64,000 nt of DNA from Pyrinomonadaceae bacterium (GTDB lineage Bacteria > Acidobacteriota > Blastocatellia > Pyrinomonadales > Pyrinomonadaceae): the NCBI GenBank assembly GCA_963728625.1, contig CAVSKU010000005.1, positions 576,797 through 640,796 of the forward strand, written 5' to 3'. The position numbers and the translations under genes are program-made. Shown one piece after another: positions 19,726 through 29,739 of this stretch. Numbering within the stretch: the stretch's first letter is position 1; each line of letters opens with the position of its first letter. A model generated the notes under the pieces. That model was not told where the DNA came from. It searched no databases and worked only from the letters and a program-made list of their open reading frames with translations.

Positions 19726-21432
19726 GTGAAAGCGAAACTTTACGTTGCCAGCGCCATTTTCATGCTCTTTGCACTCTGTCTACCCGGAATCATCTATTCA
19801 CAACAGAATGGCGCAGTCGTAAGACAACCCAGCGGGGTAGGCGACGGTGCAAGTCCCGCGGGCAATTCAGGAAGCCGCCCCAGAGTTACCCCGGTGATAG
19901 TCAAATCAGACCTATCAGAAGCCTTGTCCGTTATTGAGAACAATCACATCGACGGAAAGAAGCTGGATTACAACTCTGTCTTCAAAGCCTCCATCAGCAG
20001 CATGTTGACCTCCCTCGATCCGCATTCAACTTATTTCGATCCGATTGAATACGCTTCCTTCAAGACCGAGCAGCGCTCGGAATACTTTGGTATCGGGGCA
20101 ACAATCGGCGACCTGCATGAAGGGACCGAGGTCAGCACTCATATTCGCGCCACCTTTGAAGGAGCACCGGCACATCGCGCCGGTTTGCGTTTTGGTGATC
20201 GCATTGTCGCGGTCGATGGCCAGTCGATGAAAGGCAAGACCTATCCGGAAGTGCGCAAGTTTCTACTTGGGCCACGCGATACGGTTGTGAAAGTCACCGT
20301 CGAACATCCGGGAACTCGTCAAACCGAGACAGTGAGCATCACTCGTGATGCTGTCTCTCTGCCGTCGGTCCCCCAGGCATATCTATTGAAGTCGGGCGTT
20401 GGTTATGTCGCGATGACCAGTGCTTTCAACTTAACAACCTCGGCCGAGTTTCAAAGGGCTTTAAGAAACCTACGTGAGAAGGGCATGAACATGCTCGTGT
20501 TGGATCTGCGCGGGAACCGTGGCGGTCTATTGATCCAGGCTGTGCGGGTAGCCGAGACGTTTCTGCAACGCGGGCAGTTGATTGTTAAGCAACAGGGAAG
20601 ACTTAGGGGAGCTACTGAGCCGTTCTTTTCCGCGAATGACGTTCCGGATCCTATTCCGCTCGTCATATTAGTAAATGGCGAGTCGGCATCCGCGGCCGAA
20701 ATCGTTGCCGGGGCGTTGCAGGACCATGACCGGGCTTTGATCGTTGGCGAAAACACTTTCGGGAAGGGCCTGGTGCAACTGCCCATACAACTCGAAGACT
20801 CGGCACTTCTCCTGACTATTGCCAAGTACTACACACCTTCAGGGCGCTTGATTCAGCGCGATTATTCGAATAGTGGTTTCTATGACTACTACACACGCGG
20901 CGGAATCGCTGGTAACGGTGAAGTCACTACCCCTGCGCCTGTGGGTCCGGAGAGCCATACTGACATTGGACGCGCTGTGTACGGCGGCGGCGGCATTGCA
21001 CCTGATGAAGTTGTCAAGGCCGGGCGAATCACCCCCGCTGAAAACAGATTGAGTGATTCCATCTTTGCGTTTGCGTTGCAACTAACTCTCGGTCGCGTGG
21101 CCGGATTTGAAAGCTACAAAGTGGCGGGACCGATTGAGTACGGTCACGATCTTCAGCCTACTGACTTTCCGATCACTGATGATTTGATTAAGGAATTCAA
21201 GCGCTTTGTGGCGAGTAAGCCTGCCTTCAAGGTTACACCCGAGCATTTGGAGCGTTCACGAGCTTATGTCGAACGCCAGTTGCGATATGAGTTAGCCACA
21301 GCAGCCTATGGAACGACAACCGCGCTGCAGGTAATTAACGAGAAGGATCCACAAATCGCCCGCGCCATTGATGCCATTCCACGCGCGCGTGAATTGGCAC
21401 AAGCCGCGCGGCGCGCCAGGGCCCGCAGCTAG
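19726..21432 (+). CDS. S41 family C-terminal processing peptidase with PDZ domain
   Basis: The GTG at 19726 is preceded by AGGAGG and followed by a signal-like VKAKLYVASAIFMLFALCLPGIIYS. Motifs are RGNRGGLL, ESASAAEI (Ser) and FGKG (Lys). The track ORF start at 19423 is judged to be an upstream extension. Confidence 0.85.
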   Translation: MKAKLYVASAIFMLFALCLPGIIYSQQNGAVVRQPSGVGDGASPAGNSGSRPRVTPVIVKSDLSEALSVIENNHIDGKKLDYNSVFKASISSMLTSLDPHSTYFDPIEYASFKTEQRSEYFGIGATIGDLHEGTEVSTHIRATFEGAPAHRAGLRFGDRIVAVDGQSMKGKTYPEVRKFLLGPRDTVVKVTVEHPGTRQTETVSITRDAVSLPSVPQAYLLKSGVGYVAMTSAFNLTTSAEFQRALRNLREKGMNMLVLDLRGNRGGLLIQAVRVAETFLQRGQLIVKQQGRLRGATEPFFSANDVPDPIPLVILVNGESASAAEIVAGALQDHDRALIVGENTFGKGLVQLPIQLEDSALLLTIAKYYTPSGRLIQRDYSNSGFYDYYTRGGIAGNGEVTTPAPVGPESHTDIGRAVYGGGGIAPDEVVKAGRITPAENRLSDSIFAFALQLTLGRVAGFESYKVAGPIEYGHDLQPTDFPITDDLIKEFKRFVASKPAFKVTPEHLERSRAYVERQLRYELATAAYGTTTALQVINEKDPQIARAIDAIPRARELAQAARRARARS

Positions 21433-21459
21433 GTTTTATTAATAAATGAAGGTCTACAA

Positions 21460-21487
21460 GGACAGGCATCTTGCCTGTCCTTTTTTG
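21460..21487 (+). terminator. rho-independent terminator (GGACAGGCA hairpin + T6)
   Basis: GGACAGGCA-tct-TGCCTGTCC is followed by TTTTTTGTGT, 28 nt after the peptidase stop. Confidence 0.7.
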
Positions 21488-21551
21488 TGTTAGGACAGTG
21501 AGCTACTTTTACGCGCCCATTAGTTTGTACAACTAGCATTCCTGCGTTTCA

Positions 21552-21751
21552 GTCCGCGCCAGCGGACACTCGAAAATAGCCCAGCACTTCAGTGCTGGGT
21601 AGATTCAATCTGGGCTATGCAGTCCGTGAAACGGACGCCTGAGGTATTTCGCAAAGAATATCAGCCGTCCGTTTTACGGACTTTTCAGGATAACAACGCG
21701 TTTCCCCAGCAGTGAACTGCTGGGCTATTTGCAGACGTCCGCTACGCGGAC
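21552..21751. repeat. cluster of GC-hairpin modules (CCCAGCAnnnnnTGCTGGG / GTCCGnnnnCGGAC units)
   Basis: Six short hairpins are present. A roughly 48-nt unit, CCCAGCAsTGAAsTGCTGGGCTATnnGCAGnnGTCCGCnnnGCGGAC, occurs in both orientations. Confidence 0.8.
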
Positions 21752-21823
21752 TGGACCCTCAGCGGTTACATCGTCAACACCACCTTGCCCGAAGCGCTCA
21801 GCCTTGAGGCTGCAGCCATTTGA

Positions 21824-21892
21824 TTCGTGCACCTTCGTGTTATTAGTGGATCGCATTTTGTCGATCACAACACACGATCCACGAATAACACT
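21824..21892. repeat. TTCGTG/CACGAA word hairpin
   Basis: cgtgttattagtggatcg ... cgatccacgaataacac is an inverted repeat. The same family occurs at 23010-23130, 33147, 49929, 55631 and 59456. Confidence 0.8.
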
Positions 21893-21978
21893 AAGCATCA
21901 CGATGAAGATGGAAATCTCTTGTCCTCAAGTGATTGGCTGTTTACCTAAGGCGCCTTGCCCGATACCATTCATCTCGA

Positions 21979-22962
21979 ATGAATCGGCCACTCATTATTG
22001 TTAACAACGCAGCTGCAAAAGCGCGGCGTGTCTGGCCCAATATCAAGCAGCGGCTGGATTCAGCTGCAGTTGAATTCGACTGGTACGAGACGAAGAGGCC
22101 GGGAGACGCCACTGTTCGCACGCGGGAAGCACTTAGGACCGGCATAAACACCGTAGCGGTGGTCGGCGGCGATGGAACCCTGAGCGAAGCCGCTGAAGGT
22201 TTTTTCCAGTTTGGCGAGCAACGGGACGAACTTCCTACCGCGTTGAGCTCTTCAGCTTCGCTGGGAGTTCTTCCCGCCGGAACCGGGGATGATTTTGCTC
22301 GTGGCTTAATTGGGCACCGTGCTCCCTTAGACTATTGGATTGAAGTCTTCATGTCCCATTGTCGTTCTGACGGTCAAGGAACTACTCGGCTGGTGGATGT
22401 GCTCTACGGCCTATGCGACTCGTTCACCACACCATTCATTTGCTTGAATGCTTCAACCATGGGAATTGGCGGAGAAACTGCGGCCCGGGTCGCGGCGCAG
22501 GGAAAATTCATGCGCAAATTTTCGGGAGAGGCGCGTTTCGCGGCTGCGGCCTTGAAAGGAATCGCTGTCTGGCGCGAACGTCGCGTGCGGGTCTCGATCG
22601 ACGACAAGGAGTTTATTGAAGGACCCATGAACCTGGCGGCGGTAGCAAATGCTCTGTATGCAGGCGGCGGGATGATGCTTTCGCCCGAGGCAACCATCGA
22701 TGATGGCAAGCTCGACGTCGTGACCGCGTCCGGATTAACGAGGATAGGTGTGTTGCGTGAACTAACCCGAATACACAAAGGCGGCCACATGGCTAATCCG
22801 AGGGTTCGAATTGCCCAGGGAAGGCTCGCTCGGGTTGAGACCTTTACGCCTGAGGATGCAATGCGAATTGAAGTTGATGGAAACGTGCGTGGGTTTACGC
22901 CGGTGGAATTTCGCGTGATGCCCAAAGCGCTTCGCTTTGTTACAGGCCAAAAGCGAGTTTGA
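21979..22962 (+). CDS. diacylglycerol kinase family lipid kinase (YegS-like)
   Basis: The N-terminus from the ATG at 21979 (MNRPLIIVNNAAAKA) is followed by the GGDGT motif (VVGGDGTLSEA). The upstream Met at 21934 lies in repeat-adjacent sequence. Confidence 0.85.
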   Translation: MNRPLIIVNNAAAKARRVWPNIKQRLDSAAVEFDWYETKRPGDATVRTREALRTGINTVAVVGGDGTLSEAAEGFFQFGEQRDELPTALSSSASLGVLPAGTGDDFARGLIGHRAPLDYWIEVFMSHCRSDGQGTTRLVDVLYGLCDSFTTPFICLNASTMGIGGETAARVAAQGKFMRKFSGEARFAAAALKGIAVWRERRVRVSIDDKEFIEGPMNLAAVANALYAGGGMMLSPEATIDDGKLDVVTASGLTRIGVLRELTRIHKGGHMANPRVRIAQGRLARVETFTPEDAMRIEVDGNVRGFTPVEFRVMPKALRFVTGQKRV

Positions 22963-22974
22963 GCCTAAAACACC

Positions 22975-23166
22975 TATTTTTCATTTGTCATTTCTCATTT
23001 GTCATTGTTCGTGATGCTTACTGGTATCTCGTGGATCGTCTTTTATTCGTGATGGTTCGTGTAACTTCGTGGATCGCATTTAGGTTATCGATAACACGCG
23101 ATCCACGAAATAATACGAACGGACACGAAAACGATCTGCGAATGACAAATGACAAATGGAAAATGG
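22975..23166. repeat. composite nested palindrome (CATTTGTCA words outside, TTCGTG words inside, GTTATCGATAAC apex)
   Basis: The left arm catttgtcatttctcatttgtcatt + ttcgtg words mirrors the right arm cacgaa words + aatgacaaatgacaaatggaaaatg. A 10-bp perfect stem pairs CGTGGATCGC (23068-77) with GCGATCCACG (23098-107). Confidence 0.85.
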
Positions 23167-23178
23167 TTTTTTTAAAAT

Positions 23179-23625
23179 CTAGCTGCCTTCCATATCAGAA
23201 ATCTTCTGCAATCGCCGTTGATGGCGCTCTTCCCCCGTGAAGCGCGCAGCCACAAAAGCACGCACAATCTCAAGCGCAAGTTCAACCCCGGTCACACGTG
23301 CCCCTAAACAAAGCACGTTGCAGTCGTCATGTTCACGTGATTGATGTGCTGAGTAGGTATCGCCGCAGAGAGCGGCGCGGATGCCGCGAAGTTTGTTTGC
23401 CGCTACGGCAGCGCCAACGCCGCTGCCACAAACGAGAATGCCTATCTCCGCTTCATTGCGCTGAACAGACTGCCCGACTTTCAGAGCGTAATCCGGGTAA
23501 TCATCGGCAAGCGAGCCGTCGTGAGTTCCAAAGTCGACAATCTCGTTCCCAGCCTGGCTGAGCTCCTCGATGATGCGCTCATTGAGAGGATAACCGCCAT
23601 GATCAGCACCGATTGCAATTCGCAT
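23179..23625 (-). CDS. rpiB: ribose-5-phosphate isomerase B
   Basis: 148 aa. MRIAIGADHGGYPL...GILVCGSGVGAAVAANK...RVTG is the typical RpiB/LacAB pattern. Confidence 0.9.
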   Translation of the reverse strand: MRIAIGADHGGYPLNERIIEELSQAGNEIVDFGTHDGSLADDYPDYALKVGQSVQRNEAEIGILVCGSGVGAAVAANKLRGIRAALCGDTYSAHQSREHDDCNVLCLGARVTGVELALEIVRAFVAARFTGEERHQRRLQKISDMEGS

Positions 23626-23628
23626 GTT

Positions 23629-25704
23629 TCAAAGTAGCTTCCGCGCGTGTGTGAGGACGTTTTCAACATTGAACCCAAGCTCACGCAACGCGACGTCGCC
23701 GGGCGCTGACCCACCAAAACGATCAAGCCCGATGACAACGCCTTCTGCGCCCACGTAGCGATGCCAACCCTGGGTTACTCCCGCCTCGATAGAAAGACGC
23801 GCGCTTACGCCAGGCGGCAAAACCTCATTGCGATAGGCTTCCGGTTGTTCGTCGAATAGTTCCTGACAAGGCATGGACACAACGCGTGTCGCGATTCCCT
23901 CGGTTTGAAGTTTTTCACGCGCTTCGAGCGCCAAAGATACTTCTGAGCCAGTGGCTATGATGATTAATTTCGGGACAACTTCCTCTTGAGCCTTTCCTAA
24001 CGGTCGGGCTACTGCCCCTTCACGCACTACGCCCTCAGCTTCCGCAAGAATATAAGCACCGCGGCGCAAGCCCTCCGCGGAAGCGAAACGTTTACGGTCA
24101 ATTACACCAACTTTTTGGCGGGTGAGAGCCAACGCTGTGGGGGCTTTCCGGCGCAGAATTGCGATGCGCCAAGCCTCGCTCACTTCGGCGGGATCAGCGG
24201 GCCGAATCACGAACAGATGGGGGATGGCGCGCAGGGCCGCGATATGTTCAATCGGTTGATGCGTTGGCCCATCTTCACCAAGTCCTATTGAGTCGTGGGT
24301 GAAGACATAGATCACCTGCACCTCAGATAGTGCCGCAAGCCTTATTGCCGGGCGCATGTAGTCTGAAAAGGTCAAGAACGTGCCGCCATAGGGAATCAAT
24401 CCGCCATTCAACGAAATGCCTGTAAGCGTTGAGCCCATCGCATGCTCGCGAACTCCAAAGTGAATGATGCGTCCTTCGTACGAACCGGCTGCGAAATCGC
24501 CGCCACCCTTGATGTCAGTATTGTTTGAAACTCCTAAATCAGCAGAGCCGCCGATTAGCGGTAGATGTGGGGCAACCGCATTTATCACTTCGCCACTCGC
24601 CACCCTCGTGGCGACCGCCTTAGCGTCTTCAAACTTCGGCAAGTGCTCTTCCCAACCCTCCGGCAGTTCACCTTTCATCAGCGTCCGCCAGTTGCGACCA
24701 AGCTCAGGGTGTTTCTGTTGGTATTCCGCAACCAACTTATGCCACTCCGCTTCCTGCCGCGCCCCTCGTTCAACTGCGGAACGAAAATATGCTTGTGCGT
24801 CGTCAGGAATGTAAAACTGCTTGTCTTCAGGCCAGCCAAGATGTCGTTTGGTTTCTTTGACGGCCTCCTTACCGGGCGCATCGCTGTGCGCTTTGCGCGT
24901 CCCGGCTGTCGGCATGCCATAGCCGATAGTTGTCTTCACTGAAATCAAGGACGGTTTTGTCCCAACTGACTGAGCGTCACGAATCGCTGCCTCGATCTCC
25001 GCCAGATCGTTGCCGTCTTCAACTGTTAACGTGTGCCAACCATAAGACTCGAAACGTTTGGGAACGTCTTCGCTGAAAGCGAGATCAGTGAAACCTTCGA
25101 TGGTTACCTTGTTGTCATCGTAGAGGTAGATCAGTTTCCCAAGTTTCAGATGCCCCGCCAACGATGCTGCTTCGGAAGCGACGCCCTCCATTAAGTCGCC
25201 GTCTGAAACGATGGCGTAGACATAATGATCGATTACTGAAAAATCTTTCTGATTGAACTTTGCCGCGAGGTGCGCCGCGCCCATTGCCATGCCCACGCCA
25301 TTGGCAAATCCCTGACCGAGCGGCCCGGTAGTAATTTCAACGCCGGGCGTCAACCCATATTCCGGGTGGCCGGGAGTTTTCGATCCCCACTGGCGAAAAT
25401 TCTTAATCTCTTCCAGCGGCAGATCGTAACCAGTCAGGTGGAGCAGCGAATACAGCAGCATTGAACCGTGCCCGGCAGAAAGCAGGAAGCGGTCTCGATT
25501 TTCCCATTTGGGATTTGCTGGATTGTGTCGCATGAACCGCGTCCAAAGCACATACGCCATTGGGGCGGCACCAAGCGGCAAGCCCGGGTGGCCCGACTCA
25601 GCCTTTTGTACCGCATCGAGCGAGAGCGTCCGGATTGTGTTGATGCAAAGCTGGTCGAGCTCGGGTGTAGGTGTGGTGTTTTCCTTCTGCACTGGTGTGC
25701 TCAT
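23629..25704 (-). CDS. tkt: transketolase
   Basis: 691 aa. It has the [21 protein letters not shown] and DGDLMEG (ThDP) motifs and [16 protein letters not shown]. Confidence 0.95.
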   Translation of the reverse strand: MSTPVQKENTTPTPELDQLCINTIRTLSLDAVQKAESGHPGLPLGAAPMAYVLWTRFMRHNPANPKWENRDRFLLSAGHGSMLLYSLLHLTGYDLPLEEIKNFRQWGSKTPGHPEYGLTPGVEITTGPLGQGFANGVGMAMGAAHLAAKFNQKDFSVIDHYVYAIVSDGDLMEGVASEAASLAGHLKLGKLIYLYDDNKVTIEGFTDLAFSEDVPKRFESYGWHTLTVEDGNDLAEIEAAIRDAQSVGTKPSLISVKTTIGYGMPTAGTRKAHSDAPGKEAVKETKRHLGWPEDKQFYIPDDAQAYFRSAVERGARQEAEWHKLVAEYQQKHPELGRNWRTLMKGELPEGWEEHLPKFEDAKAVATRVASGEVINAVAPHLPLIGGSADLGVSNNTDIKGGGDFAAGSYEGRIIHFGVREHAMGSTLTGISLNGGLIPYGGTFLTFSDYMRPAIRLAALSEVQVIYVFTHDSIGLGEDGPTHQPIEHIAALRAIPHLFVIRPADPAEVSEAWRIAILRRKAPTALALTRQKVGVIDRKRFASAEGLRRGAYILAEAEGVVREGAVARPLGKAQEEVVPKLIIIATGSEVSLALEAREKLQTEGIATRVVSMPCQELFDEQPEAYRNEVLPPGVSARLSIEAGVTQGWHRYVGAEGVVIGLDRFGGSAPGDVALRELGFNVENVLTHARKLL

Positions 25705-25719
25705 TTCACCGTCCTGATG

Positions 25720-27270
25720 TTAGGTAGTCTTCGGTATTAGCTGCTCGTAGATTTCTTGTTGACGTTCGAGTCCCGCCTGGTAGCTCAAGTGGCGCGACCA
25801 ATCTGGTTCGAACACCGTTTCAACCGGCACTGAAAATTCTTCGATGTTCTGTATTTTGCCCGCCGCTTCCAGCGCAAGCAAGGCGGCGCCGCGCGTGGAT
25901 GCCTCAGGCAGTGCCGATACACCAACCGGCCGGCCTAAGACGTCAGCAATAATTTGCAGCCACGTCGCCGATGAACTCAAGGCATGGCCTGAACAGACGA
26001 TGGAGGCTTCATCCATGTGCGGCCCCAGCGCACGCGCAATCAACGCGAAACGATAAGCAACGGCCTCCATTGCCGCACGCAGAATCTCGATGGGGCGCGT
26101 GCGCAACGTTAGTCCAATGATGGCTCCACGCGCCGCTCCGTTCCAACCAGTACTTCGCTCGCCTGACCAGAACGGCAGTACTGTTAGACCATGAGCATCC
26201 GGCTCGAAGCTCGCCAATTCGTTTTCGAATGCTTCAGGACCGTAGTCTGCCAGCAATTCTGTCTTAATCCAGTTATGAAGGTTACCGCCGTCAGACAAAG
26301 CCCCGCCAACCAAAACACGGTTTCGGTCGGCGCGATAGCACCACAGCCCGGGTGACAGCTTATCCGGCGGTTCGCCCGCGTAAAGCACACGCATGGCGCC
26401 GGAGGTTCCAATCATAAGCCCAGCTTTTTTACGCGAACTACATCCCGCGCCAATGTTATTGGCGGCGCCGTCGCCAATTGCCGGATACAGCCGTGCCTCG
26501 CTCAACTGCGGCCAGCGAGATGCGTACTCATCAGTCAGTCTTTGAAAGGTTTGACCCGGTGAAGCAATGATCGGAAGTTGTTCTACGTTAAGGCCGAGAA
26601 ACTCAAGCAGGTCTGTCTCCCACTGGCAGTTCCACTGATTCAGGAGCCCTGTTCCCGAGGCCATTGAAACACTCGCAGTGGTTTCATTAAACAACCGCAC
26701 AGATAAGTAGTCAGCAAAGGACAACCAGCGCTCGGTTTGTTTGAACGACTCAGTTTCCTGATGTTTGAGACGGAGTAGTTTCGCCGGCCAGTAGCTGGGA
26801 TGAAAGCGGCATCCGGTGCGCGTATGAAGGCTGGTTTCATCGAGTTCAGTCTTCAGTTGAGCGGCTGCGGCGTCACTGCGTAAGTCGGACCAGCCGAACA
26901 CTGGAGTGGTCGGTGCTCCCGATGTGTTGACTCCCATCAGGCTGTGCCAAAAGCAGGAGACGGCGATCAACTCCACGCGAGTAATCGACTCGAACCGCTT
27001 CAAAAACAGATCATCCAACGCCTCCGTCACTTGCTCGAGCAATAAATCCGCGTCTGCGGCTCCCAATTCTGCAAAGCTGTTGGATCTGTAATCGCGTCGC
27101 ACACTGGCGCCGTCAATTTCTTCACCGCGTTCGTCGAAGAGGGCGGCACGCACACCCGACGTACCTATATCGAGTGCCAGTACGACGGGGATCCTGTTCG
27201 CAGCCATCACTGAAGCAAGCTCAGGTAATGGCTCGAATCCCTCGACGACCTCTTCAATTACGTTGCTCAT
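25720..27270 (-). CDS. FGGY-family carbohydrate kinase (gluconate/xylulose kinase-like)
   Basis: 516 aa with LALDIGTSGVRAALF (N-terminal actin-fold motif) and a C-terminal FGGY pattern. It sits in an operon with tkt and rpiB. The start could also be Met22 at 27207. Confidence 0.85.
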   Translation of the reverse strand: MSNVIEEVVEGFEPLPELASVMAANRIPVVLALDIGTSGVRAALFDERGEEIDGASVRRDYRSNSFAELGAADADLLLEQVTEALDDLFLKRFESITRVELIAVSCFWHSLMGVNTSGAPTTPVFGWSDLRSDAAAAQLKTELDETSLHTRTGCRFHPSYWPAKLLRLKHQETESFKQTERWLSFADYLSVRLFNETTASVSMASGTGLLNQWNCQWETDLLEFLGLNVEQLPIIASPGQTFQRLTDEYASRWPQLSEARLYPAIGDGAANNIGAGCSSRKKAGLMIGTSGAMRVLYAGEPPDKLSPGLWCYRADRNRVLVGGALSDGGNLHNWIKTELLADYGPEAFENELASFEPDAHGLTVLPFWSGERSTGWNGAARGAIIGLTLRTRPIEILRAAMEAVAYRFALIARALGPHMDEASIVCSGHALSSSATWLQIIADVLGRPVGVSALPEASTRGAALLALEAAGKIQNIEEFSVPVETVFEPDWSRHLSYQAGLERQQEIYEQLIPKTT

Positions 27271-27348
27271 CGTTTCGGAATGGGAGAGTGTTTTCTGCGC
27301 TTTTCCCGGGCGAAGAATGTCACAACCCAGTCTTATCGTCTAGCGCTA

Positions 27349-27370
27349 GTAAACCGTTAAAACGGTTAAC
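27349..27370. promoter_or_regulatory. 22-bp near-perfect palindrome, candidate operator upstream of the kinase-tkt-rpiB operon
   Basis: In GTAAACCGTTAAAACGGTTAAC, 9 of the 11 mirrored position pairs are complementary, with the GT...AC ends included. It lies 79-100 nt upstream of the kinase ATG at 27270. Confidence 0.35.
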
Positions 27371-27404
27371 AGAAATCAGTTTGTCATTCAATCAACTTGT
27401 AGGC

Positions 27405-27598
27405 AGCGCCGAAGGCGCGGGATTCAATAGCCATGGCCGTCAGGCCGTGGCTTGCGAGCCTCAAGATGAGCTCGAGGCCCGCAGGGCCGACATTTATTCT
27501 CTGCGAATTAATGCCGCACCTTCGGCGCTCCCCATTAATGTTTCGAGTGATCCACGGCCTCACGGCCGTGGCTACTAAATGACGGTCCTTCGGACCTC
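27405..27598. repeat. GC-hairpin module composite (CCAYGGCCnnnnGGCCGTGG, GCGCCGAAGGCGC, GGTCCTTCGGACC)
   Basis: At least five hairpins are arranged roughly symmetrically. The modules are shared with 41918-42100. A further CACCGGGCTAAAGCCCGGTG hairpin lies at 27685-27704. Confidence 0.8.
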
Positions 27599-27789
27599 AG
27601 CTGTCGTCTTCTACGGCGGGCCTTATTCGATCGTGCTGAGTCAAGTATGTCACTGCCGTTGGAAACGGTTTGCATTTCATAATCGCCCTTTTGTCACCGG
27701 GCTAAAGCCCGGTGTTAATGAGGACGGTCGCCTAATCATTCGCGAGAGCGCTTCGAGTACCGAACACTTTTTTGTGCCAAGCTAGCTTG

Positions 27790-28545
27790 ATGCACCTGCT
27801 AAAATGCGAGTCGATGCAAGCAGAGACTTTAAACTGTCCGAACTGCGGCGCAGCAACCGCGACCGACGCGGCGCTATGTAAGTTTTGTGATTCGCGGCTT
27901 GCGACAGTCGCCTGCGCCTCGTGCTTCGGTGTGATGTTTGTGGGCAGCAAGCATTGCCCACGTTGCGGAGCCGGCGCAGCAGAACGCGAGAGCCTGGGCT
28001 CAGCCCCACGCAAGTGTCCCGCTTGCAGCATCGCAATGAATTCCGTCCGGCTTGGAACAACGACGGTTGAAGAGTGTGAGCGCTGTCAGGGAATCTGGCT
28101 CGATGTAGGGTCGTTTGAAAAAATTTGCGCCGATCGCGAACAACAGGCGGCGGTACTTGGCGGCGCTTCTGCTACGCCCGCATACCTCGTAAATGAAAGG
28201 GTGGTAATAAAGTATCTACCGTGCCCGCACTGTTCCCAGCTTATGAATCGCCTCAACTTCGCGCGCTGCTCAGGTGTGATCGTAGATGTTTGCAAGGGTC
28301 ACGGAACCTGGTTTGACCGCGACGAGCTGAGTCGCATTATTGAGTTCATCCGTGCCGGTGGGTTGGAAGTCTCCCGGGGGCGAGAGAAGGCTGAGATTGA
28401 GGAACAACGCCGAATGCTGCGTCAGGAGCAGCTCGCTTCTGGGAACGTTCACCGGGTGATAGGCGGAGACCTTCGCGATACTGACGATCTCAAACTCGTC
28501 GGTATTGCCTCCGCCGGAGCGTTGCTGGAGTTCCTGCTGGAATAG
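27790..28545 (+). CDS. TFIIB-type zinc-ribbon repeat protein
   Basis: There are three CxxC...CxxC units (CPNCGA..CKFCDS; CPACS..CERCQGIWLD; CPHCS..CKGHGTWFDRDEL). The start is uncertain: TTG 27772, ATG 27790 or ATG 27814. Confidence 0.7.
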   Translation: MHLLKCESMQAETLNCPNCGAATATDAALCKFCDSRLATVACASCFGVMFVGSKHCPRCGAGAAERESLGSAPRKCPACSIAMNSVRLGTTTVEECERCQGIWLDVGSFEKICADREQQAAVLGGASATPAYLVNERVVIKYLPCPHCSQLMNRLNFARCSGVIVDVCKGHGTWFDRDELSRIIEFIRAGGLEVSRGREKAEIEEQRRMLRQEQLASGNVHRVIGGDLRDTDDLKLVGIASAGALLEFLLE

Positions 28546-28690
28546 CGTCAGAAACTAAAGCGCGCCAGCAGCTCAATTCGCCGCTTGCCGGCTGCTTGAT
28601 TCCCACCTCCTGCACCAAACCCTCCCGCCGTGGCCACGAACCTGGGAACACCGGCCCAACTGCATCAATGTTGGCCACATGAGGAGGCGC

Positions 28691-29731
28691 CTATTTAATA
28701 GTCTTCTGCAACAGCGCGACAAAATCTTGAATGTCGCTTTCCGTAGTATCAAATGAGGTCATAAAACGAACCTCTGAGGACGCTTCATTCCAAACGTAGA
28801 AGAAATATCGCTTCTGCACCGACACGATGTAGCGCTTGGGAACGATGGCAAAAACGCCATTAGACTCCACCTTCTGGGTGATGTTTACCCCAATCTTTCG
28901 TAGCTCGTTCGCCAGCAACCGGGCCATGCGATTGGCATGTTCCGCATTGCGGCGCCAGAGATCGTTCGTCAGCATCGCTTCAAACTGGGCGGAGATAAAC
29001 CGCATCTTCGATGGTAAATGCGTGCCTTGCTTCCGCGTGTATTTAAACTCTCTTGCCAGCGCCTTATCAAAAAACACGACCGCTTCACCATACATCATGC
29101 CATTCTTAGCGCCCCCAAAAGAGAGGACGTCCACACCCACCTCTTTCGTGATTCCTCTTAGCGGACTTTTGAGGCTGGCGGCAGCGTTAGCGATCCGCGC
29201 CCCATCCATATGCAGCAGCATGTTGTTGTCATGAGCGAAATCTGCCAGCCGTCTTAATTCGCGCACGTTATATACCGTGCCCATCTCGGTGGCTTGCGAA
29301 ATTGAAACCACCCTTGGTTGCACGTGATGTTCAAACCCCACTTCATGAAGCAGCGGTTTGATTTGGTCCGGCTTGATTTTTCCGTCGGGCGTGTCAAGCG
29401 AAAGAAGTTTGCAGCCGGTGAACTTCTCCGGCGCGCCGCATTCATCGACATTGATGTGTGCTGTGGCGGCGCAAACTATCGCCTGGTGAGATTGCGTTGC
29501 CGCTTTTAATCCGAGCACGTTTGCCCCGGTGCCACCAAAAACGAAGAAGACCTCAATATCGCTGCCGAGCTGCTCACGAAACCTCTCCAACGCGCGCGCG
29601 GTAAATGGATCGTCGCCGTAGGCGATCACGTGTCCTTCGTTGGCTGCAGCTATTGCCTCCATCACGGCCGGATGTACGCCGGCATTGTTATCGCTGGCAA
29701 AGCTGCGGCTGGGCTTAATGTGTTTTGCCAT
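28691..29731 (-). CDS. threonine aldolase / beta-eliminating lyase family (PLP)
   Basis: Taken from the ATG at 29731, the N-terminus MAKHIKPSRSFASDNNAGVHPAVMEAIAAAN...YGDDPF fits this family. The longer track ORF runs into the upstream gene. Confidence 0.85.
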   Translation of the reverse strand: MAKHIKPSRSFASDNNAGVHPAVMEAIAAANEGHVIAYGDDPFTARALERFREQLGSDIEVFFVFGGTGANVLGLKAATQSHQAIVCAATAHINVDECGAPEKFTGCKLLSLDTPDGKIKPDQIKPLLHEVGFEHHVQPRVVSISQATEMGTVYNVRELRRLADFAHDNNMLLHMDGARIANAAASLKSPLRGITKEVGVDVLSFGGAKNGMMYGEAVVFFDKALAREFKYTRKQGTHLPSKMRFISAQFEAMLTNDLWRRNAEHANRMARLLANELRKIGVNITQKVESNGVFAIVPKRYIVSVQKRYFFYVWNEASSEVRFMTSFDTTESDIQDFVALLQKTIK

Positions 29732-29739
29732 TTCAGTCT

